From positions 1 through 61,380 of the forward strand of contig JBIOYC010000076.1 of the NCBI GenBank assembly GCA_044869955.1: a stretch of 61,380 nucleotides of DNA. The letters run 5' to 3'. The position numbers and the translations under genes were made by a program. The notes below the pieces were generated by a model. The model ran no database searches and was not told the origin of the DNA. It saw only the letters and a list, made by a program, of their open reading frames with translations. Positions within the stretch are counted from its first letter, which is position 1. Every line of letters starts with the position of its first letter. Source of the stretch: Thermoanaerobaculia bacterium. Its GTDB lineage: Bacteria > Acidobacteriota > Thermoanaerobaculia > Multivoradales > SZUA-115. Positions 40,067 to 48,786 of the stretch are shown here, piece by piece.

Positions 40067-40816
40067 TCAGCCTCGCTCGGCCGCGGTCTCGGCGGCGCCA
40101 CGAGCGCGGCGCTCCTGCCAGAGCTCTCGGTGGTGGGTGCGGTAGAGCTCGAGGACGCGGGACACAAAGCCTCGCGTCTCTGCGTAGGGTGGCACTCCAC
40201 CGAAGCGCTCGACGGCACCGGGGCCTGCGTTGTAGCCTGCCAGGACGAGCTCCAGATCTCCGTCGTAGCGATCAAGCAGATCTCTCAGGACGCGCGCACC
40301 GGCATCCAGGTTGACCTCGGGCCGGACGAGATCTTCAGGTGTCAGATTGGCGCGTTGCTGTGGCATCACCTGGGCGAGACCGATCGCTCCCCGGGGAGAG
40401 ATGGCCCGCGGATCGAAGTTCGATTCGACCTCGACGACTGCAGCGAGAAGCAGAGAGTCAATGCCATGGCGCTCCGCCGAGCGCTCGATCGAGGACCCGA
40501 AGGGGAGGCCGGCGAGAACGGCGCGACGATCCTGTATGGCCGAGAGCCGCCGAAAGAGCTGGAAGCTCTCTGGCCTCTCTCCGAGAGAGGCTACCGAGCG
40601 ACGCTCGAGTAGGCGAAAGTCCATGGGTTGATTGCGTGGCGTCGCCAACCAAGCTTCGAGCTCTTCGAGGAAGCTGACCTCGGCGGGGTTGGCAGGGGGA
40701 AGGCTGGTCATATCGGCGGGCGCCGAGGTGCGTGGCTGGAGGGCCACCGCCAGGAAGCTCGCCATCGCAAAGGCCCAGGCCGCTGGCCTGGGAAGGCCTC
40801 TTTGCATTCCGGACAT
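40067..40816 (-). CDS. Lytic transglycosylase (SLT domain)
   Basis: VESNFDP (catalytic Glu), GAIGLAQVMP, AGYNAGPG, ETRGFV; N-terminal signal/TM. Confidence 0.9.
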   Translation of the reverse strand: MSGMQRGLPRPAAWAFAMASFLAVALQPRTSAPADMTSLPPANPAEVSFLEELEAWLATPRNQPMDFRLLERRSVASLGERPESFQLFRRLSAIQDRRAVLAGLPFGSSIERSAERHGIDSLLLAAVVEVESNFDPRAISPRGAIGLAQVMPQQRANLTPEDLVRPEVNLDAGARVLRDLLDRYDGDLELVLAGYNAGPGAVERFGGVPPYAETRGFVSRVLELYRTHHRELWQERRARGAAETAAERG

Positions 40817-40959
40817 CCTCCGTTCAGGTCATTACGGGTCTGCGCGGGCCCGTACAAACGGGAAGGCCGGAGATCTGCTGGCCCCGCACGGTTGCAAGGA
40901 GGAGAGGAGAGATTGGCGGTCGCGAAGGCGACCCTCCTCCGAGCATCCCATGTCAGCAC

Positions 40960-40975
40960 AGCAAGGCGTGTGCCA
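40960..40975 (-). promoter_or_regulatory. sigma54 -24/-12 promoter of the lytic transglycosylase gene
   Basis: TGGCAC-ACGCC-TTGCT, an exact consensus match. Confidence 0.8.
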
Positions 40976-41016
40976 GTATTGGTGAAACCGAGGCGTAGGT
41001 GCCCCCGCCCGAGAGC

Positions 41017-41274
41017 TCAGGTCTCGAGGGCGGGGCGGCGGCGCGATCGGCCACCGGAAGGGCGGGTCTCGCCCGGGCCGATGCCGAGGCTGCTGACCTT
41101 GTTGCGCAAGGTGTTGCGATGGACGCCCAAGCTCTTGGCCGAACGGCAGACGTTGCCGTCGTTCGACTTGAGCGAGGCGACGATGAACTGCTTCTCGAAT
41201 TCTCGCCGCGCCTGCTCGAGGGTGACACCCCGCCGCACCAGCTCGTCGACGATCCGGGAGAGGTTTCCGTTCAT
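41017..41274 (-). CDS. Stand-alone Fis-type HTH protein
   Basis: EFEKQFIVASL...GNVCRSAKSLGVHRNTLRNKV. Confidence 0.85.
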   Translation of the reverse strand: MNGNLSRIVDELVRRGVTLEQARREFEKQFIVASLKSNDGNVCRSAKSLGVHRNTLRNKVSSLGIGPGETRPSGGRSRRRPALET

Positions 41275-41362
41275 CGATTCCTCGGCCACCACACGCTCAC
41301 TTTCTCTCGTTCGGTTCGGCGCCGAAGGATAGCACAGGCGTGCAGCCGACCTCGGACGGAAT

Positions 41363-42577
41363 CTACTTCGCCTCGATCCGATCCCCCACGTGAATGGTGT
41401 AGCGCGACTGGATGATGCGCGCGACTGAGGATCTTGCGTGCACGGAGAGCACCGCCAGCTCCCCGAGCACCACCGGGGGCAAACCCGGCTTGTTGATGCG
41501 ATAGATCGTGTAGAGGTCGCCCGGTGCGACGTCGTCCTCGGCTCCGCGGTCGATGTACACCACGTTGTCCTGGCCGAGACTGACCACGCGATCGTCGGAG
41601 AGCAGGATCACCGGCCCCCCAAGCAGCTTCTCCTCCGCGCTGGGCAGGTTCGGTGGTCGCATGGTCGTACGCCGGGCGAGAGGGACGGGCTGGGGCTCGA
41701 ACGGCTTGAGGGCGATCCCCACCGGCATGGGCTCACATGAGAAAACGATCTCTGCGATCGAGGTGTCTGCCTGGGCGGTGAGCACTCGAACTCGACCCGA
41801 GTAGCTGTACAGGCGCCCGTATACTTCGCGCGTCACCGGGTGGACGACTTCCTCCTCAGGGTAGACCGCCGTGAGCACCTGACCCGGAGCCAGACCGCTG
41901 TTGCGGCCTGCGCTCAGGTACACGATGTCGCCGGCGTCCAGGCCGTACTTGGCCGAGGGCTCGTTGCCGAAGTTCCCGGCGAGGGTGCCGCTGGCGGTGT
42001 TCATCGTCGGGTTGAGACCGTCGTACTCGGAGCCAGCGATGCTGAAGGGAAAAGCCTCGTCGAGGGGCCCGACGTAGCCCGCACAGTAGATGTCGCTCTC
42101 GGAGCCGAGCAGGCTCGGAGCACCGGCCGCGTCCTCGGCCGAACGCAGGAGCTTGATCTCTTCCTCGCTCGCCGCCTCGCCCTCCCCACCCGTGCCGGCC
42201 CCGGTCTCGCCTTCGCCCGTCGTCGTGCTGCCCCCCAGGTCGACCGTTTCGAGATCCTCGACCGCGGCAACGCGGGTGCTGAGGATCAGGGGATCTCCCG
42301 GGTAGATCCAATGAGCGTCGCGGATGTACTGGTTCTGCTCCCAGAGCTGGGGCCAGAGGTAAGGGTTGCCGAGGAACTTCGCGGCCAGAGACCAGAGGGT
42401 GTCGCCCGGCGCGATGATGTGAACCTGAGCCTCGGGAGGTGGAACCGGAGGGTCCCAGGCCGTCCAGTGCTCACCGACGAGCTTGAGGCCCCTGGGGGGC
42501 TGGTCGTCCGCCTCGACGGCGAACGCACACTGCAGGAGCAGGGAGAAAACGGCAAACACGACGGTCTTTCGGCTCAT
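41363..42577 (-). CDS. LysM peptidoglycan-binding protein (TsaP-like)
   Basis: Signal peptide; HIIAPGDTLWSLAAKFLGNPYLWPQLW...HWIYPGD; C-terminal VVYIDRG...GDRI. Confidence 0.8.
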   Translation of the reverse strand: MSRKTVVFAVFSLLLQCAFAVEADDQPPRGLKLVGEHWTAWDPPVPPPEAQVHIIAPGDTLWSLAAKFLGNPYLWPQLWEQNQYIRDAHWIYPGDPLILSTRVAAVEDLETVDLGGSTTTGEGETGAGTGGEGEAASEEEIKLLRSAEDAAGAPSLLGSESDIYCAGYVGPLDEAFPFSIAGSEYDGLNPTMNTASGTLAGNFGNEPSAKYGLDAGDIVYLSAGRNSGLAPGQVLTAVYPEEEVVHPVTREVYGRLYSYSGRVRVLTAQADTSIAEIVFSCEPMPVGIALKPFEPQPVPLARRTTMRPPNLPSAEEKLLGGPVILLSDDRVVSLGQDNVVYIDRGAEDDVAPGDLYTIYRINKPGLPPVVLGELAVLSVHARSSVARIIQSRYTIHVGDRIEAK

Positions 42578-42635
42578 CGAGACATCCTCTCGGCTGCAGC
42601 GACGACGGGCACCCATGCGGAAAGCTCTATGTTTG

Positions 42636-42665
42636 ACCCTACCCCTTTTGGGGCGCAAGTGTCAA
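42636..42665 (-). promoter_or_regulatory. Putative sigma70 promoter for the LysM gene
   Basis: TTGACA-N18-TAGGGT. Confidence 0.45.
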
Positions 42666-42686
42666 GTTCCGAGCCCCTTTAGGGGT

Positions 42687-42715
42687 CGCCGGCTCAAGCG
42701 ATGCTTGAGCCGGCG
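42687..42715. terminator. Perfect 13-bp hairpin after the cpoB stop (terminator or stabiliser)
   Basis: CGCCGGCTCAAGC-GAT-GCTTGAGCCGGCG; no clear U-tract. Confidence 0.5.
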
Positions 42716-42728
42716 GTTCGCCGTTCCC

Positions 42729-43478
42729 TCAAGGCGGAGTGGCGCGGCGTTCCTCAGCCGCAGCGGCGGCCGCCGTGCCGGGGAACCGCCGGACGACCTC
42801 GTCGTAGAGATCTCTGGCGCCCACTGGATCCCCCAGCTTCTCCAAGCACTTGCCTGCTTTGAGCAGCGCGTCCGGGACCTTGTTGCCACCCGGCTGCCGT
42901 TCGACGGCTTCCTGGAAGGCTGCGAGCGCCCCCTGCCAGTCCTGCCGGGCCCAGCGCGACTCCCCAATCCAGTAGGCGGCGTTGTCGGCGAGCTCGGTGT
43001 CCGCCCAGCGGGCGAGAAAGCGGCGGAAGGTCTCCTCCGACTCCGCGTACTGGCCCGCCTGGTAGAGCTGCAGCCCGCGGTCATAGACCCCCTGAGCCTC
43101 GGCCGTCAGCGCCGTCGAGGCGGCGACCGTCGGGGTCAGGTCCCCCTCCTCGATGGCACCGGCACGACCGGCACCGCGGACCCCGTCCTCGAGCCCTCCA
43201 GATGCCACTACCGGCGGCGGAGTTACGCCGGCCGCTGGCGGCGTGGCCAGCCGTTGCCTTCCCGAACCCGAGCCCTCGAGCACTGCCACCCGGTCCTGGA
43301 GGCGGCCCAGCTCGACCTCCTGCACCCGAAGCTGGCGTTCGACCTCGACCAGCCGAGCCTTGAGGGCCTCGCTGTCGTCGGTCTTGCGCTCGCCGCTGCG
43401 GCGGAACGGGTTGCTGGCGCAAGCGGCCCAGGTCATCGCGAGCAGGCCGATGGCGGCGAGGGCTCCCCACTTCTTCAC
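42729..43478 (-). CDS. cpoB: CpoB/YbgF-like TPR lipoprotein
   Basis: Lipobox WAAC; coiled coil; LADNAAYWIGE, KVPDALLK, VRRFPGT. Confidence 0.82.
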   Translation of the reverse strand: MKKWGALAAIGLLAMTWAACASNPFRRSGERKTDDSEALKARLVEVERQLRVQEVELGRLQDRVAVLEGSGSGRQRLATPPAAGVTPPPVVASGGLEDGVRGAGRAGAIEEGDLTPTVAASTALTAEAQGVYDRGLQLYQAGQYAESEETFRRFLARWADTELADNAAYWIGESRWARQDWQGALAAFQEAVERQPGGNKVPDALLKAGKCLEKLGDPVGARDLYDEVVRRFPGTAAAAAAEERRATPP

Positions 43479-44329
43479 GGCTTGCCCCCACTCGGCACCG
43501 TCTCCGGTGCGGCCGGGGCTTGCCGGGTGCCGGCCTGGCGAGCTCTCTTCTCCCGCCGCGCACTGGCTTTGGCGATCTCCTCCCGCGCCTTCTCGACCTT
43601 CTGAACGAACAGGCTGTCGGGATACTGGGTCGCCAGCTTCCCGAAAGTGCTCTCGGCCTCTTCCTGGCGACCCGAGCGGCCATAGGCCCGGCCCAGGTGG
43701 AAATAGACCTTGTCCTTGGCCGTGTAGTCCGGGTAGCTCTCGAGCAGGAACTCGAGGCGGCTGATCGCCGCCACGTCGATGCCGTAACGCAGGTAGAACT
43801 GGCCGACCACGAACTCGTGCTCTGCCAGGTTGTCGCGCACCAGTCGGATCTGATCTCGCGCCTGGGCGGCGAACTCGCTCGTCGGGTACGTCCGCTGCAG
43901 GTCCTGGAAGGCATCGAGCGCCTGCCGGGCGGTGCTCTGATCGCGATCCGGACGCTCCATACGGCGAGCCAGGGCCGCCGCTACCTGGAACTGGGCGTAA
44001 GCGGCGCGGTCACTGGTGGGAAAGCGGTTGAGGAAGTCCCGGTACTTGGCCTCGGCCTGGAGGAAGTTGGTCGAGCCACCCTCCAGGTAGAAGGTGTCGG
44101 CGGCGAGAAGAAGAGCCTCCCGGCCCGTCACGGAGTTCGGCTCAACCTCGAAAGCGTGGAGCAGATAGGGGCGGGCGCGAGCGTACTTCTCCCTCGACAA
44201 CAGGTCCTTGCCCTTGGCCAGAGACTCTGGGGCCGCAAGGGCCAGGATCGGATCCTGCCGCTTCGAGCTCTTGCAGCCTCCGAGAACGGCACAGGCCAGG
44301 AGGGCCAGCGCCACGGCTCTTCGTGTCAT
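43475..44329 (-). CDS. bamD: Outer-membrane protein assembly lipoprotein BamD
   Basis: Lipobox LGGC; DRDQS; YPTSEFA; LAEHEFVVGQFY. Confidence 0.9.
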   Translation of the reverse strand: MTRRAVALALLACAVLGGCKSSKRQDPILALAAPESLAKGKDLLSREKYARARPYLLHAFEVEPNSVTGREALLLAADTFYLEGGSTNFLQAEAKYRDFLNRFPTSDRAAYAQFQVAAALARRMERPDRDQSTARQALDAFQDLQRTYPTSEFAAQARDQIRLVRDNLAEHEFVVGQFYLRYGIDVAAISRLEFLLESYPDYTAKDKVYFHLGRAYGRSGRQEEAESTFGKLATQYPDSLFVQKVEKAREEIAKASARREKRARQAGTRQAPAAPETVPSGGKP

Positions 44330-44991
44330 CGCGGTTCTTCCCCTTTCGCTCGCCGCCGAAGCTCGGCGATGGTGGCCAACGGATCCGCGCTCGAGAAGAG
44401 CGCCGAGCCGACGACGAAGCTGCTCGCTCCCGCCTCGACCAGCCGGCGGACGTTGCTCGGGCTCACCCCGCCATCGACGGCAATCTCAACGTCGAGCCCG
44501 GCGTCGCCAATGAGCCTGGCGAGCCGCGCCACCTTGTCGAACGACCGCGGGATGAAAGCCTGGCCGGCGAAGCCGGGATTGACCGACATCACCAGCACGA
44601 AGTCCAGGACGCCGAGGGCGTCCGCGAGCAACTCGACGGGGGTGGCCGGGTTGACCACCACTCCGGCGCGGGCTCCCAGCTCGCGGATCCGGGCCAGGGT
44701 GCGGTCCAGATGAGTCGCCGCCTCCCAATGCACGGAGACCCGCGCTGCGCCGGCCTCGACATAGCGATCCAGCAGTCGATCTGGATCGGTGACCATCAAG
44801 TGCACGTCCAACGGTAGACGGGTGCGTTTCGCCATCGCCGCCACCACCGGGACTCCAAAGGTGAGATTGGGGACGAAGTGCCCGTCCATCACGTCCACGT
44901 GGATCAGGTCCGCTCCGCCTCGCTCGCAGAGCGCCAGGGCACCGGCCAGATCCGCGAGATCGGCAGCCAGAATCGAAGGCGCGATCAGCAT
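44326..44991 (-). CDS. rpe: Ribulose-phosphate 3-epimerase
   Basis: IAPSILAAD, HVDVMDGHFVPN, MSVNPGF, VDGGV, VVGSALF. Confidence 0.96.
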   Translation of the reverse strand: MLIAPSILAADLADLAGALALCERGGADLIHVDVMDGHFVPNLTFGVPVVAAMAKRTRLPLDVHLMVTDPDRLLDRYVEAGAARVSVHWEAATHLDRTLARIRELGARAGVVVNPATPVELLADALGVLDFVLVMSVNPGFAGQAFIPRSFDKVARLARLIGDAGLDVEIAVDGGVSPSNVRRLVEAGASSFVVGSALFSSADPLATIAELRRRAKGEEPR

Positions 44992-44998
44992 GGGGTGG

Positions 44999-45757
44999 TC
45001 AGGGCAAGGTCCCTCGGCTGGAGGAGACGACAACCGAGATCGGATCACGTCGGCTGACCGGGTGGCCGGCCTGCGGGGCCTGGCGGAGGATAACACCTTC
45101 GGCGACCCCGTCGTAGGGCTCGAAACGGACGTCCCGCAGGCGGAAGCCACGCCCCTCGAAGAACGTGCGGACGGATTCGAAACGGCGATAGACGAGGTCC
45201 GGCATGACGAAGGCCTCACCTCGCCGCTCCATGGCGAGGAACACGTCCACTGGCGCATCCCGAGCCGCCGCCTGACCCGCCGCCGGGCTCTGCTCGACGA
45301 TCGTCCCGGCCGCCACGCCTCCGCGGTAGACGGAGAAAGTCCGGCCCACGCGCAAGCCCGCGGCAGCCAAGGCCACCTCGGCCGCCTGGAGAGCCTGGCC
45401 GCCCAGCTCCGGCACGATGAGTCGCTCTGGACCCAGGGAGAGGATCACCTCGATCGGCTTGCCCCGCTTGACCAGACTTCCGGCCGCCGGCCGCTGCTCC
45501 AGAACGTGCCCTTCGGGCACCTCCTCGGAGGCTCGGCCCGGCACCGCCGAGGGTCCCCAGGTGAGACCGCGGTCCGCGAGGAGGTCTTCGGCCTCCTCGC
45601 GGGTCAGCCCCGCCAGCTCGGGCGCTCGGGTGACGCCGCTGCGGACGAAGAGGCTGAAGGCGAAGTAGGCCGAGAGCACGAAGACCAGGCCCAGCGCCCC
45701 CAGGTAGGCGAGGCTCAAGAGCCATCGCGCCCATCGGGGTAGGCGTCGGTCGGCCAT
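44999..45757 (-). CDS. Membrane-anchored PASTA-domain protein (three PASTA repeats)
   Basis: One TM; PELAG, VPELGG, MPDLV repeats with Q.P.AG motifs. Confidence 0.88.
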   Translation of the reverse strand: MADRRLPRWARWLLSLAYLGALGLVFVLSAYFAFSLFVRSGVTRAPELAGLTREEAEDLLADRGLTWGPSAVPGRASEEVPEGHVLEQRPAAGSLVKRGKPIEVILSLGPERLIVPELGGQALQAAEVALAAAGLRVGRTFSVYRGGVAAGTIVEQSPAAGQAAARDAPVDVFLAMERRGEAFVMPDLVYRRFESVRTFFEGRGFRLRDVRFEPYDGVAEGVILRQAPQAGHPVSRRDPISVVVSSSRGTLP

Positions 45758-45760
45758 CGC

Positions 45761-47053
45761 CTAGAACAGCTTCTGGAAGTCGAAGAAGATCACGACCGCC
45801 ATGATCGCCAACAGCAGCACAGCGCCGACGTTGGTCAGCCGCTCCTTGAGGGTCATCGAGAGGTCGCGGCGCATCAGGCTCTCGACCAGGAGGATGGTGA
45901 TCTGGCCACCGTCGAGCACGGGGATCGGGAGGAGGTTCAGCAGGGCGATCGAGATCGAGATGAAGCCCATCAGGTGGATCAAGTAGTTGAGGCCGCGATT
46001 CGCCTGCTCGCCGATCATCCGGGCCATGCCGATCGGGCCGGCCAGAGCCGTCTTGGCCTCGAGCTGGCGAGTGAGCACCTTGCCCAGCACCTGGTAGGTC
46101 TGGTTCACCAGGTCGACGTTGTAGTGGAAGCTCTCGACGATCGCCTCGGTGAAGGAGTAGCGCTGGAAGATGCCGTAATCGAGGGAAACGCCGATCCGAC
46201 CCTGGTCGGCCGGTCCTTGGGGGGTGACGGGGACCTCGATCGTCTGCCGGCTGCGCTCGATCCCGAAGCGAATCTCCTTGCCCGGCATCTTCTGGATGTA
46301 GGCGATGAGCTCGTTGCTCGTGTTGATCGTTCGACCGTCGACGGCGAGGACGTGATCGCCCTTCTGGAGGCCCGCGGCAGCGGCAGCGCCGCCCTTCAAG
46401 ACGCCCGCGATGATCACCTTGCCGGGGCCGGCGATACCGGCGTCGCCGTAGCCATCGGGGAGGACGCGTTGCGGCGTCACCAGGGCATCGGCCCGCTGGC
46501 CGGCCCGCTCGTAGGTCAGGGTGAGCGGCTTGTCGGGCGCGCCCAGAATGGCCATCTGGACTTGCCGAAACTCGCTGATGGCCTGACCGTCTACGGCCAC
46601 GATCCGATCCCCCATGGCGAGCCCCGCGTGGGCGGCTGGCGACTCCGGCAGGACCAGGCCGACCACCGGTGGCAGCTTGCGGGGAGGCAGGTTGATGCCG
46701 ACCATGAAGGCGGCTGCGATCAGCACCAGGGCCAGGACGACGTTCATCAGGGGCCCAGCGAGGTAGACCAGGATGCGCTGCCAGCGAGGGCGATTGACGA
46801 AGTCGCGAGGGTCGTCGGTGCGCTCCTCGGCGTGCTCGCCGCCGAGCTTGACGTAGCCGCCGAGGGGGAAGGCCGATACCTTGTAGTCGGTCTCGCCGCG
46901 CTTGAAACCCCAGAGGCGAGGTCCGAAACCCAGGGAGAAGGCGAGCACCCGGATGTCGAGGGCGCGGGCCATCAGGAGGTGACCCGCCTCGTGGACGAAG
47001 ATGATCACGCCGAGAACGACGAGCAAGTAGAAAGCGGTGGTGACGATTTCCAT
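45761..47053 (-). CDS. rseP: Intramembrane site-2 metalloprotease RseP
   Basis: HEAGH, PLGGYVK, two PDZ domains, NLLPIPVLDGG. Confidence 0.95.
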   Translation of the reverse strand: MEIVTTAFYLLVVLGVIIFVHEAGHLLMARALDIRVLAFSLGFGPRLWGFKRGETDYKVSAFPLGGYVKLGGEHAEERTDDPRDFVNRPRWQRILVYLAGPLMNVVLALVLIAAAFMVGINLPPRKLPPVVGLVLPESPAAHAGLAMGDRIVAVDGQAISEFRQVQMAILGAPDKPLTLTYERAGQRADALVTPQRVLPDGYGDAGIAGPGKVIIAGVLKGGAAAAAGLQKGDHVLAVDGRTINTSNELIAYIQKMPGKEIRFGIERSRQTIEVPVTPQGPADQGRIGVSLDYGIFQRYSFTEAIVESFHYNVDLVNQTYQVLGKVLTRQLEAKTALAGPIGMARMIGEQANRGLNYLIHLMGFISISIALLNLLPIPVLDGGQITILLVESLMRRDLSMTLKERLTNVGAVLLLAIMAVVIFFDFQKLF

Positions 47054-47156
47054 GGTCTCGAGAATCGATTGGGAGTTGCTGGGGTCGGGCGACGGCTCTC
47101 CGGCCGGGCACTATACCTGAGCTAACCCGTGCTCCGGCGCCGGGATTCCCCGCGGC

Positions 47157-47978
47157 TCAGCGCCCGAGCGACAACCACGGCTCAGCTGCCAGCAGGCCAT
47201 ACCAGAGCACGGGCGCGCCGAAGAGCAGGGCGTCGCACCGATCGAAGATGCCGCCGTGCCCCGGCAGGAGGTTGCCCGAGTCCTTGACCCCCGCGTGCCG
47301 CTTGAACAGGGACTCGACGAGGTCCCCGACCTGCCCGGCGACCGCCGTGGCCACGCCGACCGCGAGCAGAGCCACATCAACCCGCCCCAGGCGAGCCTGG
47401 CTCCACACCAACGTGGCGACGATGCCGATCGCGAGGCCCGCCGCCGCGCCCTCCCAGGTCTTCTTGGGACTCACCACCGGCGCCATACGGTGCTTCCCCC
47501 AGGCCGAACCGACGTAGTAGGCCGCCGTGTCACCCAACCAGTTGATCGCCAACAGCAGGAAGACCAGCCAGGGATCGGTGCGCTGGAGATGGCAGACGCT
47601 GGCGATGGGCAGGGCGAAGTAGGGAACGCCGAACGCCAGGGTTCCGATCGTGGCGGGCACCTGCTCCAAGGGTGTCTGAGCGAGCAGGACCAGCGTGCTG
47701 ACACCGATCGAGAGCGCGATCAGCACGCCAAACACACCGACCGCCGAGAACGATCTCGATGCCTCCGGCAGGGCGAGAAACGCCGCCAGGCCGATGACTA
47801 GGGGCGGCAAAACGAGACGTGGAAGTCGCGGCGCCCAGGCCTTGGCGATCCCGGCGAACTCGACGCTGGCAAGGCCGAGGGTCAAGACTCCGAAGACGAA
47901 GAAGCCGAGAGGCGGGGACCGAAAGGTCGCAAGCAGGACCAGAGGCAACCCGACGGCGGCCGTGAGCAAGCGCTTCAT
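47157..47978 (-). CDS. cdsA: Phosphatidate cytidylyltransferase
   Basis: SPKKTWEG, GDLVESLFKR..GVKDSG.LLPGHGGIFDRCD. Confidence 0.95.
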   Translation of the reverse strand: MKRLLTAAVGLPLVLLATFRSPPLGFFVFGVLTLGLASVEFAGIAKAWAPRLPRLVLPPLVIGLAAFLALPEASRSFSAVGVFGVLIALSIGVSTLVLLAQTPLEQVPATIGTLAFGVPYFALPIASVCHLQRTDPWLVFLLLAINWLGDTAAYYVGSAWGKHRMAPVVSPKKTWEGAAAGLAIGIVATLVWSQARLGRVDVALLAVGVATAVAGQVGDLVESLFKRHAGVKDSGNLLPGHGGIFDRCDALLFGAPVLWYGLLAAEPWLSLGR

Positions 47979-47997
47979 ATTGGAGGCCGGAAAGCTA

Positions 47998-48786
47998 TCA
48001 CAGGCTCCCGGCCGGGATCGGGGGCTCGACCGGGTCCCACTCCGGGCCGTAGCGCACCAGGTCGAGAGAGAGCCCCTGGGGCGGGGCGGTCGGGCCGGCC
48101 CGGGAGCGCTCGGCCCCTGCGAGCAGAGAGACGAAGGCCTCCGGCTCTCGCCGACTCCGACCGACCTCGAGCAGGGTACCCACCAGGGAGCGGACCATGC
48201 CGCGCAAGAATCCCTCCCCTTCGATCGAAAACAGGAGCTCCGCCCCCCGCTCCTCGATCCCCGCGGCGAAGATCTTGCGCACGGTAGGCCCCGGCGCTCC
48301 CCCGGTCAGGGCGAAGGCTCGGAAGTCGTGCTCGCCCGGCAGGGCGGAGGTCGCCGCCCGCATGGCGGCGAGGTCGATGGACGGCTCGACCCGCACGCTG
48401 AAAGGGGCGTCCAGGGGCGAGAGCACGGTCGCCCGCACCAGACGGTAGCGGTAGAGCTTGGCCGTAGCGTGGCGGCGGGCGTGGAACCCTCTGGGTGCCC
48501 GCGCAGCCTGGAGGACGCGGACGGCCTCGGGCAGGTGGGCGTTGGTGCCGAACACCAGGCCCCGCAGCGGGAAGGGGGCCGGGAGCTCCAGATGCGCGAC
48601 CTGTCCCCGCGCATGCACGCCGGCGTCGGTCCGACCGGCTCCGACCACGCCGGCGGCTCTGCCGAGGACGGCAGCCAGGCCCTCCTCGAGGACCTCCTGC
48701 ACCGAGACGGCGTTGTCCTGTCGCTGCCAGCCGGCGTAGGTCGTGCCGCGATAGGCCAGGGTCAGCTTGTAGACGGCTGGCTCCAC
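47998..48786 (-). CDS. truA: tRNA pseudouridine(38-40) synthase
   Basis: YAGWQRQ, GAGRTDAGVHARGQ, FLRGMVR, TAPPQGL; start GTG 48786. Confidence 0.94.
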   Translation of the reverse strand: MEPAVYKLTLAYRGTTYAGWQRQDNAVSVQEVLEEGLAAVLGRAAGVVGAGRTDAGVHARGQVAHLELPAPFPLRGLVFGTNAHLPEAVRVLQAARAPRGFHARRHATAKLYRYRLVRATVLSPLDAPFSVRVEPSIDLAAMRAATSALPGEHDFRAFALTGGAPGPTVRKIFAAGIEERGAELLFSIEGEGFLRGMVRSLVGTLLEVGRSRREPEAFVSLLAGAERSRAGPTAPPQGLSLDLVRYGPEWDPVEPPIPAGSL

